In this document: positions 9,900 to 18,981 of the stretch, piece after piece | How positions within the stretch are numbered: position 1 is the stretch's first letter | Layout of the letters: each line of letters begins with the position of its first letter | IMG/VR virus record: IMGVR_UViG_3300037483_000582 | Coordinates: 1 to 39,057 of that record | Length of the DNA stretch: 39,057 nucleotides | Direction: 5' to 3' (one strand) | Source: a virus | Lineage: Duplodnaviria > Caudoviricetes | Position numbers and translations under genes: made by a program | Notes under the pieces: model-generated | The model's input: the letters and a program-made list of their open reading frames with translations, nothing else | Told to the model about the DNA's origin: nothing | Databases searched by the model: none

Positions 9900-10442
9900 A
9901 TGAGTCAAGCGGGGCGCTTTATAAATGGTGTTATACCACCTGGCGGAATGGTCGGTTCGCTTACGGGAAATTCGGGCGGCGCAGTGTTGCCAGATGGTGC
10001 AGCGAACATTAACGTAGTTTTCGATGAGCAAGCAACAACATTGCCACCATCCGGCTTTACGTTTGTTGGGAATGCAGTTGCTAATACATTAACAGCAGAA
10101 CAATTTCTTTATAGTGCGGTTACCATTGGTGCAGTATCTACGGCGATATTTACATTGCCACTTAATGCCAATGAAGCAGCAATTATATATGCAGATATTG
10201 TAGCATTCAGAAGTGACTTTGTTTATTCGGGTGTTGGTCTTGTTGTTGGTGGTGGCTATAGACAAGCAGGGGCAGCAATTGCACAAGTACCATTATTTGA
10301 GAATATGCAAAATAATGATCCGGCTGGTGCACTGATTGCTACATTCACTGCTTCAGGAAATGATCTTGTTATTGGTGTATCTGGAATAGCTGGTTTTACT
10401 TATAACTGGTCTGCTTATGTTCGTTACCATATCCAAACTTAA
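9900..10442 (+). CDS. Tail-associated protein (likely start ATG 9900, MSQAGRF)
   Basis: GAG(G)AG-like SD; LTGNSGGAV motif resembles YTTDSGNAVP in the next gene. Confidence 0.6.
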   Translation: MSQAGRFINGVIPPGGMVGSLTGNSGGAVLPDGAANINVVFDEQATTLPPSGFTFVGNAVANTLTAEQFLYSAVTIGAVSTAIFTLPLNANEAAIIYADIVAFRSDFVYSGVGLVVGGGYRQAGAAIAQVPLFENMQNNDPAGALIATFTASGNDLVIGVSGIAGFTYNWSAYVRYHIQT

Positions 10443-10453
10443 CGGGAGATACA

Positions 10454-11581
10454 ATGGCAGCAAATCAAGGCTTTAGAGGTCGCCCAAATTTACAATATGC
10501 GTATGTTGAGGGTGCCTCAACTTCTGTGGCAATGGGTATTGATGATACCGATAGTGGTTTATTTAAAATACAAGCGCTTACCGGTAGTAGTGCATTGCCG
10601 ACACTTGGTGCTCAGCTTACCATAAATCCGTCAGCCAATGGTGATATAACGCTTGCGCCAAATGGTTCGGGCGATACAATTGTTGAAGTCAATAATTTGC
10701 AGGTTTCTGATGGGTCATTGCTTTTATTTAACAATGATGTTTCCATCGATAGCTCAATTGCCATTTTTAGGAAAAATAGAGCGGGGTCGATTGTACAGTC
10801 CGGAGATGGTCTTGGGCTTGTTGCATTTACCGGTTTTGATGGTGCTCAATATTGGACCGGCGCACAAATAAGTTCCAACGCTATCGGCACAATGGGCGTT
10901 AATCAGATATCCGGCAATCTCGGTTTTTGGACCAACCCTTCATCGACGGTTCCCCTTTTGCGCATGAATATTGATCAATTTGGCCAAATATTAGTTAATG
11001 CTCCAACATCGGGTACAACGCTTACGCTTGGTGGTACGTACAATCAAAATGTTGGCGGCACACAGCGGGTAATGGTCATTGATAATACTGGCAAAGTTGG
11101 TGTTAATACGGCAGGCATAGTCGCAACCACATACACTACCGATTCGGGCAATGCCGTGCCCGCAGCTGGTGTGCTTAATGTGCTTTCGGGACCGGGCATG
11201 TCTACATCGGGTAGCGGCAATACCATAACGCTTACCAATACGGGCGGCGGCCTTGATTGGTCTGTAGAGACTGCGGCTTCTGTTCAAATGGTAGTTAACC
11301 ATGGGTATATTGCCAATCGTGCTTCAGCTATAACATTCACGCTCCCCGTAACGGCTGCAGTTGGCAGTATTATAAGAATCACAGGTATCAACACGGCTCT
11401 TGGTTGGGCGGTAGCCCAGAATGCGGGCCAAAGCATTAGAATTATATCGGTATCAACGGTGGTTGGTGTAGGCGGAAGTCTCGCGAGTACGGCGGTTGGT
11501 GATTCAATAGAGCTTGTTTGTGTTGTTGCAGATACGACATTCAATATGATATCCGTGATGGGCAACATAACTATAGTGTAA
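10454..11581 (+). CDS. Tail fibre protein
   Basis: G/T/S-rich; C-terminal NHGYIAN...ITFTLPVTAAVGSIIRI fibre-type domain. Confidence 0.65.
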   Translation: MAANQGFRGRPNLQYAYVEGASTSVAMGIDDTDSGLFKIQALTGSSALPTLGAQLTINPSANGDITLAPNGSGDTIVEVNNLQVSDGSLLLFNNDVSIDSSIAIFRKNRAGSIVQSGDGLGLVAFTGFDGAQYWTGAQISSNAIGTMGVNQISGNLGFWTNPSSTVPLLRMNIDQFGQILVNAPTSGTTLTLGGTYNQNVGGTQRVMVIDNTGKVGVNTAGIVATTYTTDSGNAVPAAGVLNVLSGPGMSTSGSGNTITLTNTGGGLDWSVETAASVQMVVNHGYIANRASAITFTLPVTAAVGSIIRITGINTALGWAVAQNAGQSIRIISVSTVVGVGGSLASTAVGDSIELVCVVADTTFNMISVMGNITIV

Positions 11582-11588
11582 GGATAAT

Positions 11589-12776
11589 ATGGCAATTGGT
11601 AACGCTATTGGCATAGCGCCGATACCCGTGATATTGGATTCTCCGCAGACGACGGCATTCGGTGAAGCATCTGTTTCTATAAACAATGGTCGAATATTTG
11701 GACAGTTTCAATATAATTTGAATGCTGAACTTTTTGTTGACAGTAGTACGGCAAGCGGGCAAGTAACGGTATCACCGCCATTTTCTTTAACTGCGTCAGG
11801 AGCGGCAACAAATAGTTCGGGAGTCTTGGTATCGCGTCGTAGCATGGAATACTTCCCGGGTTGTGGTGGTCTTGTGCGATTTACCGCAGTTTTTGATACA
11901 TCGGTTAGCGGCAACAATCAGCTCGTGGGTCTTGGTGATTCTAATAATGGTTTTTTTATTGGTTATAATGGTACAACATTTTCTATTTGTCGCCGCTCGG
12001 GTGGCAGTAATAATTTTGTAGCGCAGGCCGATTTTAATATTGATACATTAGACGGTACCGGTGATAGCGTGATGTTGATTAATCCACAAATGGGTAACGT
12101 CTATCAAATTCAGTATCAATGGCTCGGCTTTGGGCAAATAAGCTTTTTTGTTGAGAATCCGGAAAGTGGCTTGTTTCGGTTATTCCATGTTATTTCTTAT
12201 GCAAATGCCAATACGACAACAAGCATTCAAAACCCATCATTACCGTTGCGGGTTGAATCAATAAACACATCAAATAACACCGATGTAGTTATAAAAGTTC
12301 CCAGCATTGCAGCGTATATGCAGGGCAATCTTAGTGAGGCTTCATTTTTGGTACATGGTGCCAACAGTATAAAAACAATATCAACAGAGACTGCCATAAT
12401 AACAATACGAAACAACAGTGTATTTGCCGGATTGACTAATTATGTTCAAGTTGGTCCCCAGATTATTACGGCCGCATCTGACGGTTCAAAATCGGTGCTC
12501 TTTAATATACGCAAGAATACTGCGCTTGGCGGGTCTCCGAGTTTTGTTGATTATAATTCAAATACGTCCGTTATTTCGATTGATACGGCCGGCACAACGG
12601 TAACCGGTGGTATTTTTATTGGGAGTCTCCATATTGCAAAGGTGTCAAATGATGTATTGGATATGTCGATATTAGATATTTTGTTATCACCCGGAGAGAC
12701 GTTGACCATTTCGGCATTAAGCGCCGCAAGCAATGATGTTAATGTGTCAATAATTTGGAAAGAAAGATTCAGTTAA
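11589..12776 (+). CDS. Tail-associated beta-sandwich protein
   Basis: AAGGA SD; YQWLGFG motif; tail module. Confidence 0.55.
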   Translation: MAIGNAIGIAPIPVILDSPQTTAFGEASVSINNGRIFGQFQYNLNAELFVDSSTASGQVTVSPPFSLTASGAATNSSGVLVSRRSMEYFPGCGGLVRFTAVFDTSVSGNNQLVGLGDSNNGFFIGYNGTTFSICRRSGGSNNFVAQADFNIDTLDGTGDSVMLINPQMGNVYQIQYQWLGFGQISFFVENPESGLFRLFHVISYANANTTTSIQNPSLPLRVESINTSNNTDVVIKVPSIAAYMQGNLSEASFLVHGANSIKTISTETAIITIRNNSVFAGLTNYVQVGPQIITAASDGSKSVLFNIRKNTALGGSPSFVDYNSNTSVISIDTAGTTVTGGIFIGSLHIAKVSNDVLDMSILDILLSPGETLTISALSAASNDVNVSIIWKERFS

Positions 12777-12786
12777 GGAGTAAGCA

Positions 12787-13512
12787 ATGGCTGAAAATAA
12801 TGCAATAAACAATCGTTCATCTACATTAACAGTAGACAATGGCTTTGTGGTAACAACCGGTACAACAACAATCAATTCTGGCACTTCTGCTTTAGGGATA
12901 AGTACCGATGCATCTGCAACTACAGTCAATATAGCGACGGGTGCAGCCGTTAAAACGACCGTCCTTGGCAGCACCAATAGCACAAGCGCCACAACTGTGC
13001 AAAGTGGTTCTGGAGCATGTAATTTGGGTACTACGGGAACCGGCGCAACCAATATGGGCAATGGCACCGGTACTACAAGCATACAATTCGGAACCGGCGG
13101 AGCGTTGAATTCATATGCTACCGGAGTCTGGACCCCTACCATTGTAGGCACTGTTGCAGGTATTACGACTTACACGACCCAGGAAGGTTCATATATAAAG
13201 ATTGGACAACTAGTATTTATAAGAGCGAATCTTGCGATATCTGCGGCTACTGGTACAGGCAATGCTATATTTGGTGGATTTCCGTTTACAATACAAAATA
13301 TATCAAACGGTGATCCCATAGGAGAAATAATTGTCAGCGCAGCTGGATGGGCATGGCCTGCAGGTGCTACAACTATAGCTTTTAGGGGAACAGCAAATAC
13401 CACTCAGGCTAATGCATATGGATATGCTAGCACTGTAGCCAATGCTGCATTGCAGATGACTAACGCCGGAGCGATTTTTAGATTTAGTTTAGTCTATATA
13501 TCAACGACCTAG
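12787..13512 (+). CDS. Tail fibre / receptor-binding protein
   Basis: Y..G.WTPT...G.Y.KIGQLVFI...GFPFT, a fibre head motif. Confidence 0.7.
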   Translation: MAENNAINNRSSTLTVDNGFVVTTGTTTINSGTSALGISTDASATTVNIATGAAVKTTVLGSTNSTSATTVQSGSGACNLGTTGTGATNMGNGTGTTSIQFGTGGALNSYATGVWTPTIVGTVAGITTYTTQEGSYIKIGQLVFIRANLAISAATGTGNAIFGGFPFTIQNISNGDPIGEIIVSAAGWAWPAGATTIAFRGTANTTQANAYGYASTVANAALQMTNAGAIFRFSLVYISTT

Positions 13513-13570
13513 TATAGCACTAGCATTCTATGTTGAAAGTCAGCAAGATTAATCACTTGCATCCTGCACA

Positions 13571-13598
13571 GGGGGGCTGTCATGGTGTCAGTACCCCC
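13571..13598. terminator. Hairpin between convergent transcription units
   Basis: GGGGGGCTG...CAGTACCCCC between the + tail arm and the - early arm. Confidence 0.45.
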
Positions 13599-13616
13599 GT
13601 TAGTAAAGGTATCTAT

Positions 13617-14057
13617 TTATACTTTACCCCTTAATGCACGCCACAGGCGCCCCCAATAGCCAATTCCCGGTTTCATTGTAGCAGTTGGCTTGATAATGCG
13701 CGGTAGATTACTGCGTTTTTTTGTTTCATGAAATGGATTTTTGCTTTTATTGAGCATCCCCTTTGGGAAGGTAGTTGATAGATGTTTCGGATTGACACAT
13801 TGTGAATTGTTACATAGTGATTTAAGGCCAACTTTAGCTTCGTCGCCATATTCATAGAACCAAGACAGCTGCCGAGCGCTCATAATATGCGACTTACGAC
13901 ATAGATATGGATAGCCACGCTCATTCATAGAGTGAGTCCATGTCCAGCAAGCATCTTTATCTTTGGGCATTATGATATAGCTGAAGAACTCTTCGCGCAA
14001 TCTCTTGACAAGCGGCTTATTCAGCTTTCTTTTTAGAGACCCCATATTGCCCTCCAA
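13617..14057 (-). CDS. Degenerate HNH (His-Cys/Zn-loop) endonuclease-like protein
   Basis: CWTW...GYP...CNNSQCVNPKHL; expected catalytic His is Ser. Confidence 0.7.
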   Translation of the reverse strand: MEGNMGSLKRKLNKPLVKRLREEFFSYIIMPKDKDACWTWTHSMNERGYPYLCRKSHIMSARQLSWFYEYGDEAKVGLKSLCNNSQCVNPKHLSTTFPKGMLNKSKNPFHETKKRSNLPRIIKPTATMKPGIGYWGRLWRALRGKV

Positions 14058-14491
14058 ATATTGCGCAGGTACGAAGATTTTATTTTCTGTGGTTTGTGTA
14101 TGGGTTTATGTTTATCTTTCTTTATGGATGAATTTTTAGGGGTATTTTTGTGCTTGTCCGGATCTTGTTTATTTAATGGAACATTTATTATTTTTAGATC
14201 CGGGCTAAATTTGGGATGTGTGTCTGAAAGATGTAATGGATTTACACACATACCATTTCGGCAGCTAACATAAAGCTGGGCCGGCGGGAATTCATCAAAC
14301 GCATAAAACCATGCAAGATTTCTCACGGAATAAAATACACTGTTGTGATAGAACGTTGGATAGCTGTCGCCTTGTCGCGGGCCAACCCACAGCCAACAAC
14401 CATCTTTATCATCTGACTTTTTGTATCTATCCTCGAAGAGAGATTGTATTTTTCGTGCTTGAGCTTTCGTAACAGTTTTCATTTTCATCAA
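14033..14491 (-). CDS. Degenerate HNH endonuclease-like protein
   Basis: CWLWVG...YP...CRNGMCVNPLHL; expected catalytic His is Val. Confidence 0.7.
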   Translation of the reverse strand: MMKMKTVTKAQARKIQSLFEDRYKKSDDKDGCWLWVGPRQGDSYPTFYHNSVFYSVRNLAWFYAFDEFPPAQLYVSCRNGMCVNPLHLSDTHPKFSPDLKIINVPLNKQDPDKHKNTPKNSSIKKDKHKPIHKPQKIKSSYLRNIWRAIWGL

Positions 14492-14745
14492 TTTTCTCGT
14501 ATTGCTTTCTTTATTTTATATAATTCAAGTACTTCATTTATAAATTTATCGCTATACAGGCTATCATCAAATGCTGATTCAAGTAAGGTACCGTACGTTA
14601 TCCATTCGGGTGTGTCTTCACTGTCACTGACTTGCAGATAAAACAAACCATAATTATTTTCATCGAACACCTGCCAGATGGTGCCGTATGGTTCTCTATC
14701 AAATTTGGTGGGTGCATTGTACTTCTCTTTTATATTGAAGCTCAT
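14488..14745 (-). CDS. Hypothetical protein
   Basis: ACGGAG SD; ATGA coupling. Confidence 0.7.
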   Translation of the reverse strand: MSFNIKEKYNAPTKFDREPYGTIWQVFDENNYGLFYLQVSDSEDTPEWITYGTLLESAFDDSLYSDKFINEVLELYKIKKAIREN

Positions 14746-14762
14746 TATTGACTCCGTGGGTA

Positions 14763-15167
14763 TTATCCCCTTCTTTTGGGGAAAATTCGGTTTCGGAAAT
14801 ATTCATAAACGCTATCTTCAACATGTACCGTATCACAATTCACCAATTTGAACGGTTCTGTTTTTTCGTAGAGTCGTTTATAATCCCGAGATTTCCATGG
14901 CACAACTTTAAGGTGATTGATATTCATGCACATTGTTATGGGGCAATCATTTACCACATATGATTTATGGGGTAATTTGCCCCTTTCAAGCACCCAAAGT
15001 ATGCGTTGGGTTTTATAGTAATTACCCACATAAAGAAAGTGTGGCACACCATTTCTTAATAGACCTGTCCATACCCAACACTGATCGGGCGCGCCTCGTG
15101 AGATATGCTTATATACGAGCTCTTTAAGCATATCTCGATGTTCGTCATTCAGAATTTCCAATACCAT
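14763..15167 (-). CDS. Degenerate HNH endonuclease-like protein
   Basis: CWVWTG...CPITMCMNINHL; ACGGAG SD. Confidence 0.65.
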   Translation of the reverse strand: MVLEILNDEHRDMLKELVYKHISRGAPDQCWVWTGLLRNGVPHFLYVGNYYKTQRILWVLERGKLPHKSYVVNDCPITMCMNINHLKVVPWKSRDYKRLYEKTEPFKLVNCDTVHVEDSVYEYFRNRIFPKRRG

Positions 15168-15189
15168 ATGTAGACTCCGTTACTAATGG

Positions 15190-15813
15190 TTACTGCTTAT
15201 TCTTTTGGACCCACTCCAATATACCATTGAATTTATCGCGTGTTATAGCGGCAAAGTCTTTGATTGAATATTTTTTAAGTATTTCTTCTTTCAATTTTGG
15301 ATGATTTTTGCATTCATATTCAAGAAGCCGCGCTTGGCTGTCGCTTATGACGTTGGTATTGGTTGGTCCCGTTTCCCCATCATTATCATCTTCAGCACAT
15401 AACCCCAAAAGCGACAGAATTGAATAACGTCTTTGATAGGTGACCGATTTTCCATATTCTTGTCTGAAGTTTTTCACTCGAATTTTACCATCTTTGTCAT
15501 ATTCATCATCAAGCTTGTCGACGATCCATGTTGATGCGTCAATTTGTACGCCGGTTACATGAAGCAAGATAGTCTTCAGCTTATTTTTGCCCGTTGGTTC
15601 ATGTGCTTCTTCGGGTTGTAGCAATACAAAGTTATTAGCAAGCAATGCATCTTCAATAGCATTAATCACAGCGTCAAGATCGGCATATTCTCTATCGGGA
15701 TTATTGCCCCAGCCCTTGATGATACGATTTTTATGTATTGGTTGCATCTCGCGTTTTGCTTTAATGAGGTCTTTTACTGCTTGTCCGATGAGATCTTTTG
15801 AATGAGTTAACAT
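15190..15813 (-). CDS. erf: ERF-family single-strand annealing recombinase
   Basis: YADLDAVI and GKSVTYQRRYSILSLLGLCAEDDNDG ERF signature. Confidence 0.9.
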   Translation of the reverse strand: MLTHSKDLIGQAVKDLIKAKREMQPIHKNRIIKGWGNNPDREYADLDAVINAIEDALLANNFVLLQPEEAHEPTGKNKLKTILLHVTGVQIDASTWIVDKLDDEYDKDGKIRVKNFRQEYGKSVTYQRRYSILSLLGLCAEDDNDGETGPTNTNVISDSQARLLEYECKNHPKLKEEILKKYSIKDFAAITRDKFNGILEWVQKNKQ

Positions 15814-16019
15814 TTTTTTACTTTCTGTGATTTATAGAATGAATCTTTTTTACTTTCTGAGTTCTGAATTCTAGCATCTATCTCCATTTGTTTGCACCAC
15901 TTGCCGGGATATACGTACAGTGGTGGTTCAATATTAAGATGGTCTACATATTCATCGATTGCTATAAGGTTAAGGCACACGGGGCACGCATGATACGTGC
16001 CCGATTTAGTTATGGTCAT
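15807..16019 (-). CDS. Small Zn-finger-like hypothetical protein
   Basis: CPVC...EYVDHL; overlaps erf start. Confidence 0.55.
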   Translation of the reverse strand: MTITKSGTYHACPVCLNLIAIDEYVDHLNIEPPLYVYPGKWCKQMEIDARIQNSESKKDSFYKSQKVKKC

Positions 16020-16020
16020 G

Positions 16021-16052
16021 GTCGAAACTCGGCCATCGATATCGGCCTTCGT
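16021..16052 (-). repeat. Dispersed hairpin motif, copy 1
   Basis: ACGAA-GGCC-GATATCGAT-GGCC-GAGTTTCGAC. Confidence 0.85.
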
Positions 16053-16080
16053 GCCAGTAATTCATGCACTGTATACTCCT

Positions 16081-16362
16081 CTATATAAGCTCTAATTCCA
16101 ATTTCCAATAGCGTACGGGTTCTTTACGGTACAGTTCAAGATTGACTGCTTTAAGTTCGGGTATTTTTGCATAATCTACATTGCCCTTTCGTTCGGTATA
16201 ATTAAATCTGAAGCCACCGCCATGTGCCGCTTCGTTTTGGCTGAGTGCTTTAAGTTTATCTTTAAGTTCTTCTGCATATTTTTCAAGCGATTTAAGTTGC
16301 TGCTGCAATTTATAGAGTTCTTCAGCGGTCATTTTCCATTCAGCATCTGTTATTAATATCAC
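16081..16362 (-). CDS. Coiled-coil protein resembling the C-terminal part of YqaJ-type exonucleases (likely GTG start 16362)
   Basis: Coiled coil then RKGNVDYAKIPELKAVNLELYRK; near erf. Confidence 0.5.
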   Translation of the reverse strand: MILITDAEWKMTAEELYKLQQQLKSLEKYAEELKDKLKALSQNEAAHGGGFRFNYTERKGNVDYAKIPELKAVNLELYRKEPVRYWKLELELI

Positions 16363-16363
16363 A

Positions 16364-16588
16364 TTACCCCCAAATCTCGCGTATAAGTTGTTCCGTAGTC
16401 TTAGACTTAATAAGATCTTCATGTTCTTTAAGCCACTCATCGCGTGACTTTATGAATGACTGCATCTCTTCATCTTCCAACAGCTCTTGAACAAAGCTCT
16501 TTTTCTTTGATTTGCTTTTGGTTAAAACTTGGCCATCGTTATCGCCCTTCGTGGCTGTTGAATGAATTTTCATCTTATAATCCGACAT
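16364..16588 (-). CDS. Small early hypothetical protein (likely start ATG 16588)
   Basis: First ORF after the leftward promoter; GGGA SD. Confidence 0.55.
   Translation of the reverse strand: MSDYKMKIHSTATKGDNDGQVLTKSKSKKKSFVQELLEDEEMQSFIKSRDEWLKEHEDLIKSKTTEQLIREIWG
16521..16552 (-). repeat. Dispersed hairpin motif, copy 2
   Basis: ACGAA-GGGC-GATAACGAT-GGCC-AAGTTTTAAC. Confidence 0.85.
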
Positions 16589-16627
16589 TTGTTTCCCAAC
16601 TCGTAACACGTTTAACTAACATAACCA

Positions 16628-16655
16628 ATTATAGACCAATCTTGAGCAATGTCAA
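16628..16655 (-). promoter_or_regulatory. Leftward early promoter
   Basis: Minus strand TTGACA-N16-TATAAT. Confidence 0.8.
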
Positions 16656-16680
16656 GCAATATTATTAAACAAATTCAACG

Positions 16681-16709
16681 TTGACAAAGTATGTATAATG
16701 TTGCACAAT
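16681..16709 (+). promoter_or_regulatory. Rightward early promoter
   Basis: TTGACA-N17-CACAAT; an additional TATAAT at 16694. Confidence 0.55.
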
Positions 16710-16726
16710 ATAGACATGGTACAACA

Positions 16727-16758
16727 ACGAAGGCCGATAATGATGGCCAAGTTTCAAC
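16727..16758 (+). repeat. Dispersed hairpin motif, copy 3
   Basis: ACGAA-GGCC-GATAATGAT-GGCC-AAGTTTCAAC. Confidence 0.85.
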
Positions 16759-16780
16759 AATATCACACATGGAATTACTT

Positions 16781-17068
16781 ATGAAAACTGATATCGGCAA
16801 ACACCCTGCCGGGCCGCTGGGCGATCACGATGCGCTGCGCAAGGCAATATTGCGAATGTTAGAGAAATCACCGAATACTATAAAGGGACTGGCTGCAGAG
16901 ATAGGCATTGCCAGCACGACACTTCGCACGTTTATGCGTGGCGAAAGAGACTTGGACAATAAGCGACGATTTCAGGTATACAGCTACTTGCGCAGGCACG
17001 GTATGATAGAAGAATTTGAAGATAGTGAGTCAGCCAATAAAAGCCGCGTTGGTGTGACGAACTGCTAA
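16781..17068 (+). CDS. XRE/Cro-like HTH regulator (likely start 16781)
   Basis: TIKGLAAEIGIASTTLRTFMRGER; first gene of the rightward unit. Confidence 0.8.
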   Translation: MKTDIGKHPAGPLGDHDALRKAILRMLEKSPNTIKGLAAEIGIASTTLRTFMRGERDLDNKRRFQVYSYLRRHGMIEEFEDSESANKSRVGVTNC

Positions 17069-17070
17069 AA

Positions 17071-17104
17071 ACAAAGGGACCGGCGGTTAAACCGGTCTCT
17101 TTGT
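17071..17104. terminator. Intrinsic, probably bidirectional terminator
   Basis: ACAAAGGGACCGG/CCGGTCTCTTTGT stem. Confidence 0.7.
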
Positions 17105-17339
17105 GAATACTGGTTCAGTGTTTTGCGACAAACCAGAATTTTAGCCTAGCACTACGACTCTTTTTAGCGTATGCTGTTGTCATAAAAATTGAATGTTTTT
17201 TTTGGTGCTTTCGATTGACCCTGAATGTCACCAAGAAAAGAAGAAAACAAATACGAAAGTGGACGATCGCCAACGATCCGAAAGCGAGTTAATCATGTAT
17301 CTATCAGAAAACGATCTATCCAACAAAGCGACTTGATTC

Positions 17340-17945
17340 ATGAATAAGAATAGCGCACTTTCAGCAAAAATCAAGCACAAATTACCAAAAGAAACAAATC
17401 TCCTTGTCGAAACTCGGTCATCGATATCGACCATCGTGGATCGCCGAGAGACGATAACGCACTCGGGCAAGGCAACTCATAAGTTATTGAGTCAATGCAC
17501 GCCATTCCAGCAAGATATATATTGGTTTTTATATGAATGGTATTTGAACTTTGACGGTAGGTTATTTGTGGCTGAGAGTACTATAGCAAAAGCTGTGGGT
17601 TGCACCACGCGCACGGTGGGTAACGCACTCATAAAGCTCAGATCGCTTAGGCTGTTGCAAACGATCTATAGGCATAGGCGCACGCTCATATACCGCGTTG
17701 GCAAAGCACATCAAGAAATGAGATCTCGGCAAGCAGCAGCCAGAAAGCAAAGTCAGCTCTTTTCTGACCATGATGATATTAATTTTGATTTAGTTAATAA
17801 AGAGACACACAACCAGAAAATTCTTGCTATGATGATGGTACTCCCGACCTTGTTGGGGGGGGCATCAAGGGGATGGGTGTCACAAGATAGCTTAGCAGAA
17901 GCTAGCGCAGTGGCAACCGGGTATTATTCTCACATGAATTGTTAA
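17340..17945 (+). CDS. Winged-HTH replication initiator-like protein (start uncertain)
   Basis: AESTIAKAVGCTTRTVGNALIKLRSLRLL...R..IYR. Confidence 0.7.
   Translation: MNKNSALSAKIKHKLPKETNLLVETRSSISTIVDRRETITHSGKATHKLLSQCTPFQQDIYWFLYEWYLNFDGRLFVAESTIAKAVGCTTRTVGNALIKLRSLRLLQTIYRHRRTLIYRVGKAHQEMRSRQAAARKQSQLFSDHDDINFDLVNKETHNQKILAMMMVLPTLLGGASRGWVSQDSLAEASAVATGYYSHMNC
17406..17437 (-). repeat. Dispersed hairpin motif, copy 4
   Basis: ACGAT-GGTC-GATATCGAT-GACC-GAGTTTCGAC. Confidence 0.85.
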
Positions 17946-17952
17946 CCGGAAC

Positions 17953-18106
17953 GCCCAAGTCTGGTTCGGGCACCCGCAAGGCGGGCAAGCGACGGGGCGT
18001 GCCCTGAGCTTGGGCTACAGCTAGTTCAGTTTATTTAATTAAATAAGAATACTGGACTGGTTCTCTGGGCGCCAGGGGGCACCGTCCCCCGGCTAAGGCG
18101 ACCAGA
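17953..18106 (+). other. Highly structured intergenic element (candidate origin or ncRNA)
   Basis: Three consecutive stem-loop domains and a 16-bp AT palindrome TTATTTAATTAAATAA at 18031-18046. Confidence 0.55.
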
Positions 18107-18117
18107 TATTAGATTGA

Positions 18118-18960
18118 ATGGATTTTATTTTACTACTGGAGACTGTTATGACGAATTATGCTGAACTTCTGAAAAAACTGAACCTGAATGAGGCCGATGC
18201 TATGGAGCTGGTCAATTATGGTTCGGAAGCTATTGACTACGCATTTAAGATCTACGAGCAATATCTTAAAGAGGGCAAAGAAGTCCCAAGAGCCTTTCCT
18301 TTTCTGAAGAAAGTTTGTATTAATTTTCTAGAAAAGAAGTCTAAATCAGCCAATCAGTTCAATGATAAGGCTTACGAGAACAAAGAAGAGTCGTCGGATT
18401 ACCACGGCCCCAAGATGAAGCCGATTAATATATTCATCTGGCGTACCGACTGCCGAACACCCGAGGACTATGCTAATGAGGATATGCGGTTTGAGCAATG
18501 GCTAAAGTCGGAAGATGGCGGCGAATATCTGTCTGTTTATGGTACTAAAGAAATACCCGAGCACTTCATCGAGTATGCACGTGAAGTAATACGGTACAAT
18601 CACCAAGTACGCCGCATGAAAGAAGATGAAGACTTTGAGAAATCAGGTACTCAATTACTTGGCAAGATTCGCGAAGTACGACCAATAGCTCCCCGTAGAC
18701 TCAAAAGCTATGTCGGATATTATCATTTCTCCAAAGCACAAATGGAAGGCTCCGAAGAAATACCCGATAATGTAGTAAAGCATTGGGTTGAGAAGATAGA
18801 CGGACATCTAGCCTGTCTCTTGAAGGCACAATCTACCGCAATAATACAAATGCTACCATTCGCCTTGCGCAAATATGCCGCTGAACAGATGGCTGCATTT
18901 ATTGCCGAACGTGGCCACGACGCAATAGAACAAAATGTTTGCTTAGCATGCAAAAGTTAA
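18118..18960 (+). CDS. Hypothetical, probably replication-associated protein (likely start ATG 18148)
   Basis: GGAG SD before MTNYAEL; position between initiator and RusA. Confidence 0.6.
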   Translation: MDFILLLETVMTNYAELLKKLNLNEADAMELVNYGSEAIDYAFKIYEQYLKEGKEVPRAFPFLKKVCINFLEKKSKSANQFNDKAYENKEESSDYHGPKMKPINIFIWRTDCRTPEDYANEDMRFEQWLKSEDGGEYLSVYGTKEIPEHFIEYAREVIRYNHQVRRMKEDEDFEKSGTQLLGKIREVRPIAPRRLKSYVGYYHFSKAQMEGSEEIPDNVVKHWVEKIDGHLACLLKAQSTAIIQMLPFALRKYAAEQMAAFIAERGHDAIEQNVCLACKS

Positions 18961-18981
18961 TATAGACTTAATTGAATTACT

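Noticed and set aside
13617-15167. Active mobile homing endonucleases or introns
   Set aside because: Catalytic residues are missing, and no interrupted gene or intron core is evident.
16521-16758. Invertible promoter segment or IS ends bounded by the inverted copies
   Set aside because: No recombinase or transposase is recognisable, and four more copies lie elsewhere.
16691-16780. Conserved peptide TKADNDGQVST shared by several ORFs
   Set aside because: By-product of the nucleotide motif; at copy 1 that frame has an upstream stop and no start, and copy 6 is intergenic.
16021-17437. CRISPR array or mini-array from the 32-nt motif (contains GTTTCAAC/GAAAC)
   Set aside because: Copies are 200-12000 bp apart, in both orientations, with no spacer-sized gaps and no cas genes. 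A solitary-repeat anti-CRISPR role is not excluded but has no support.
17855-17862. G8 run as a phase-variation or frameshift site in the initiator gene
   Set aside because: The ORF stays open through the run and I could not show that another frame joins the downstream gene; needs read-level data.
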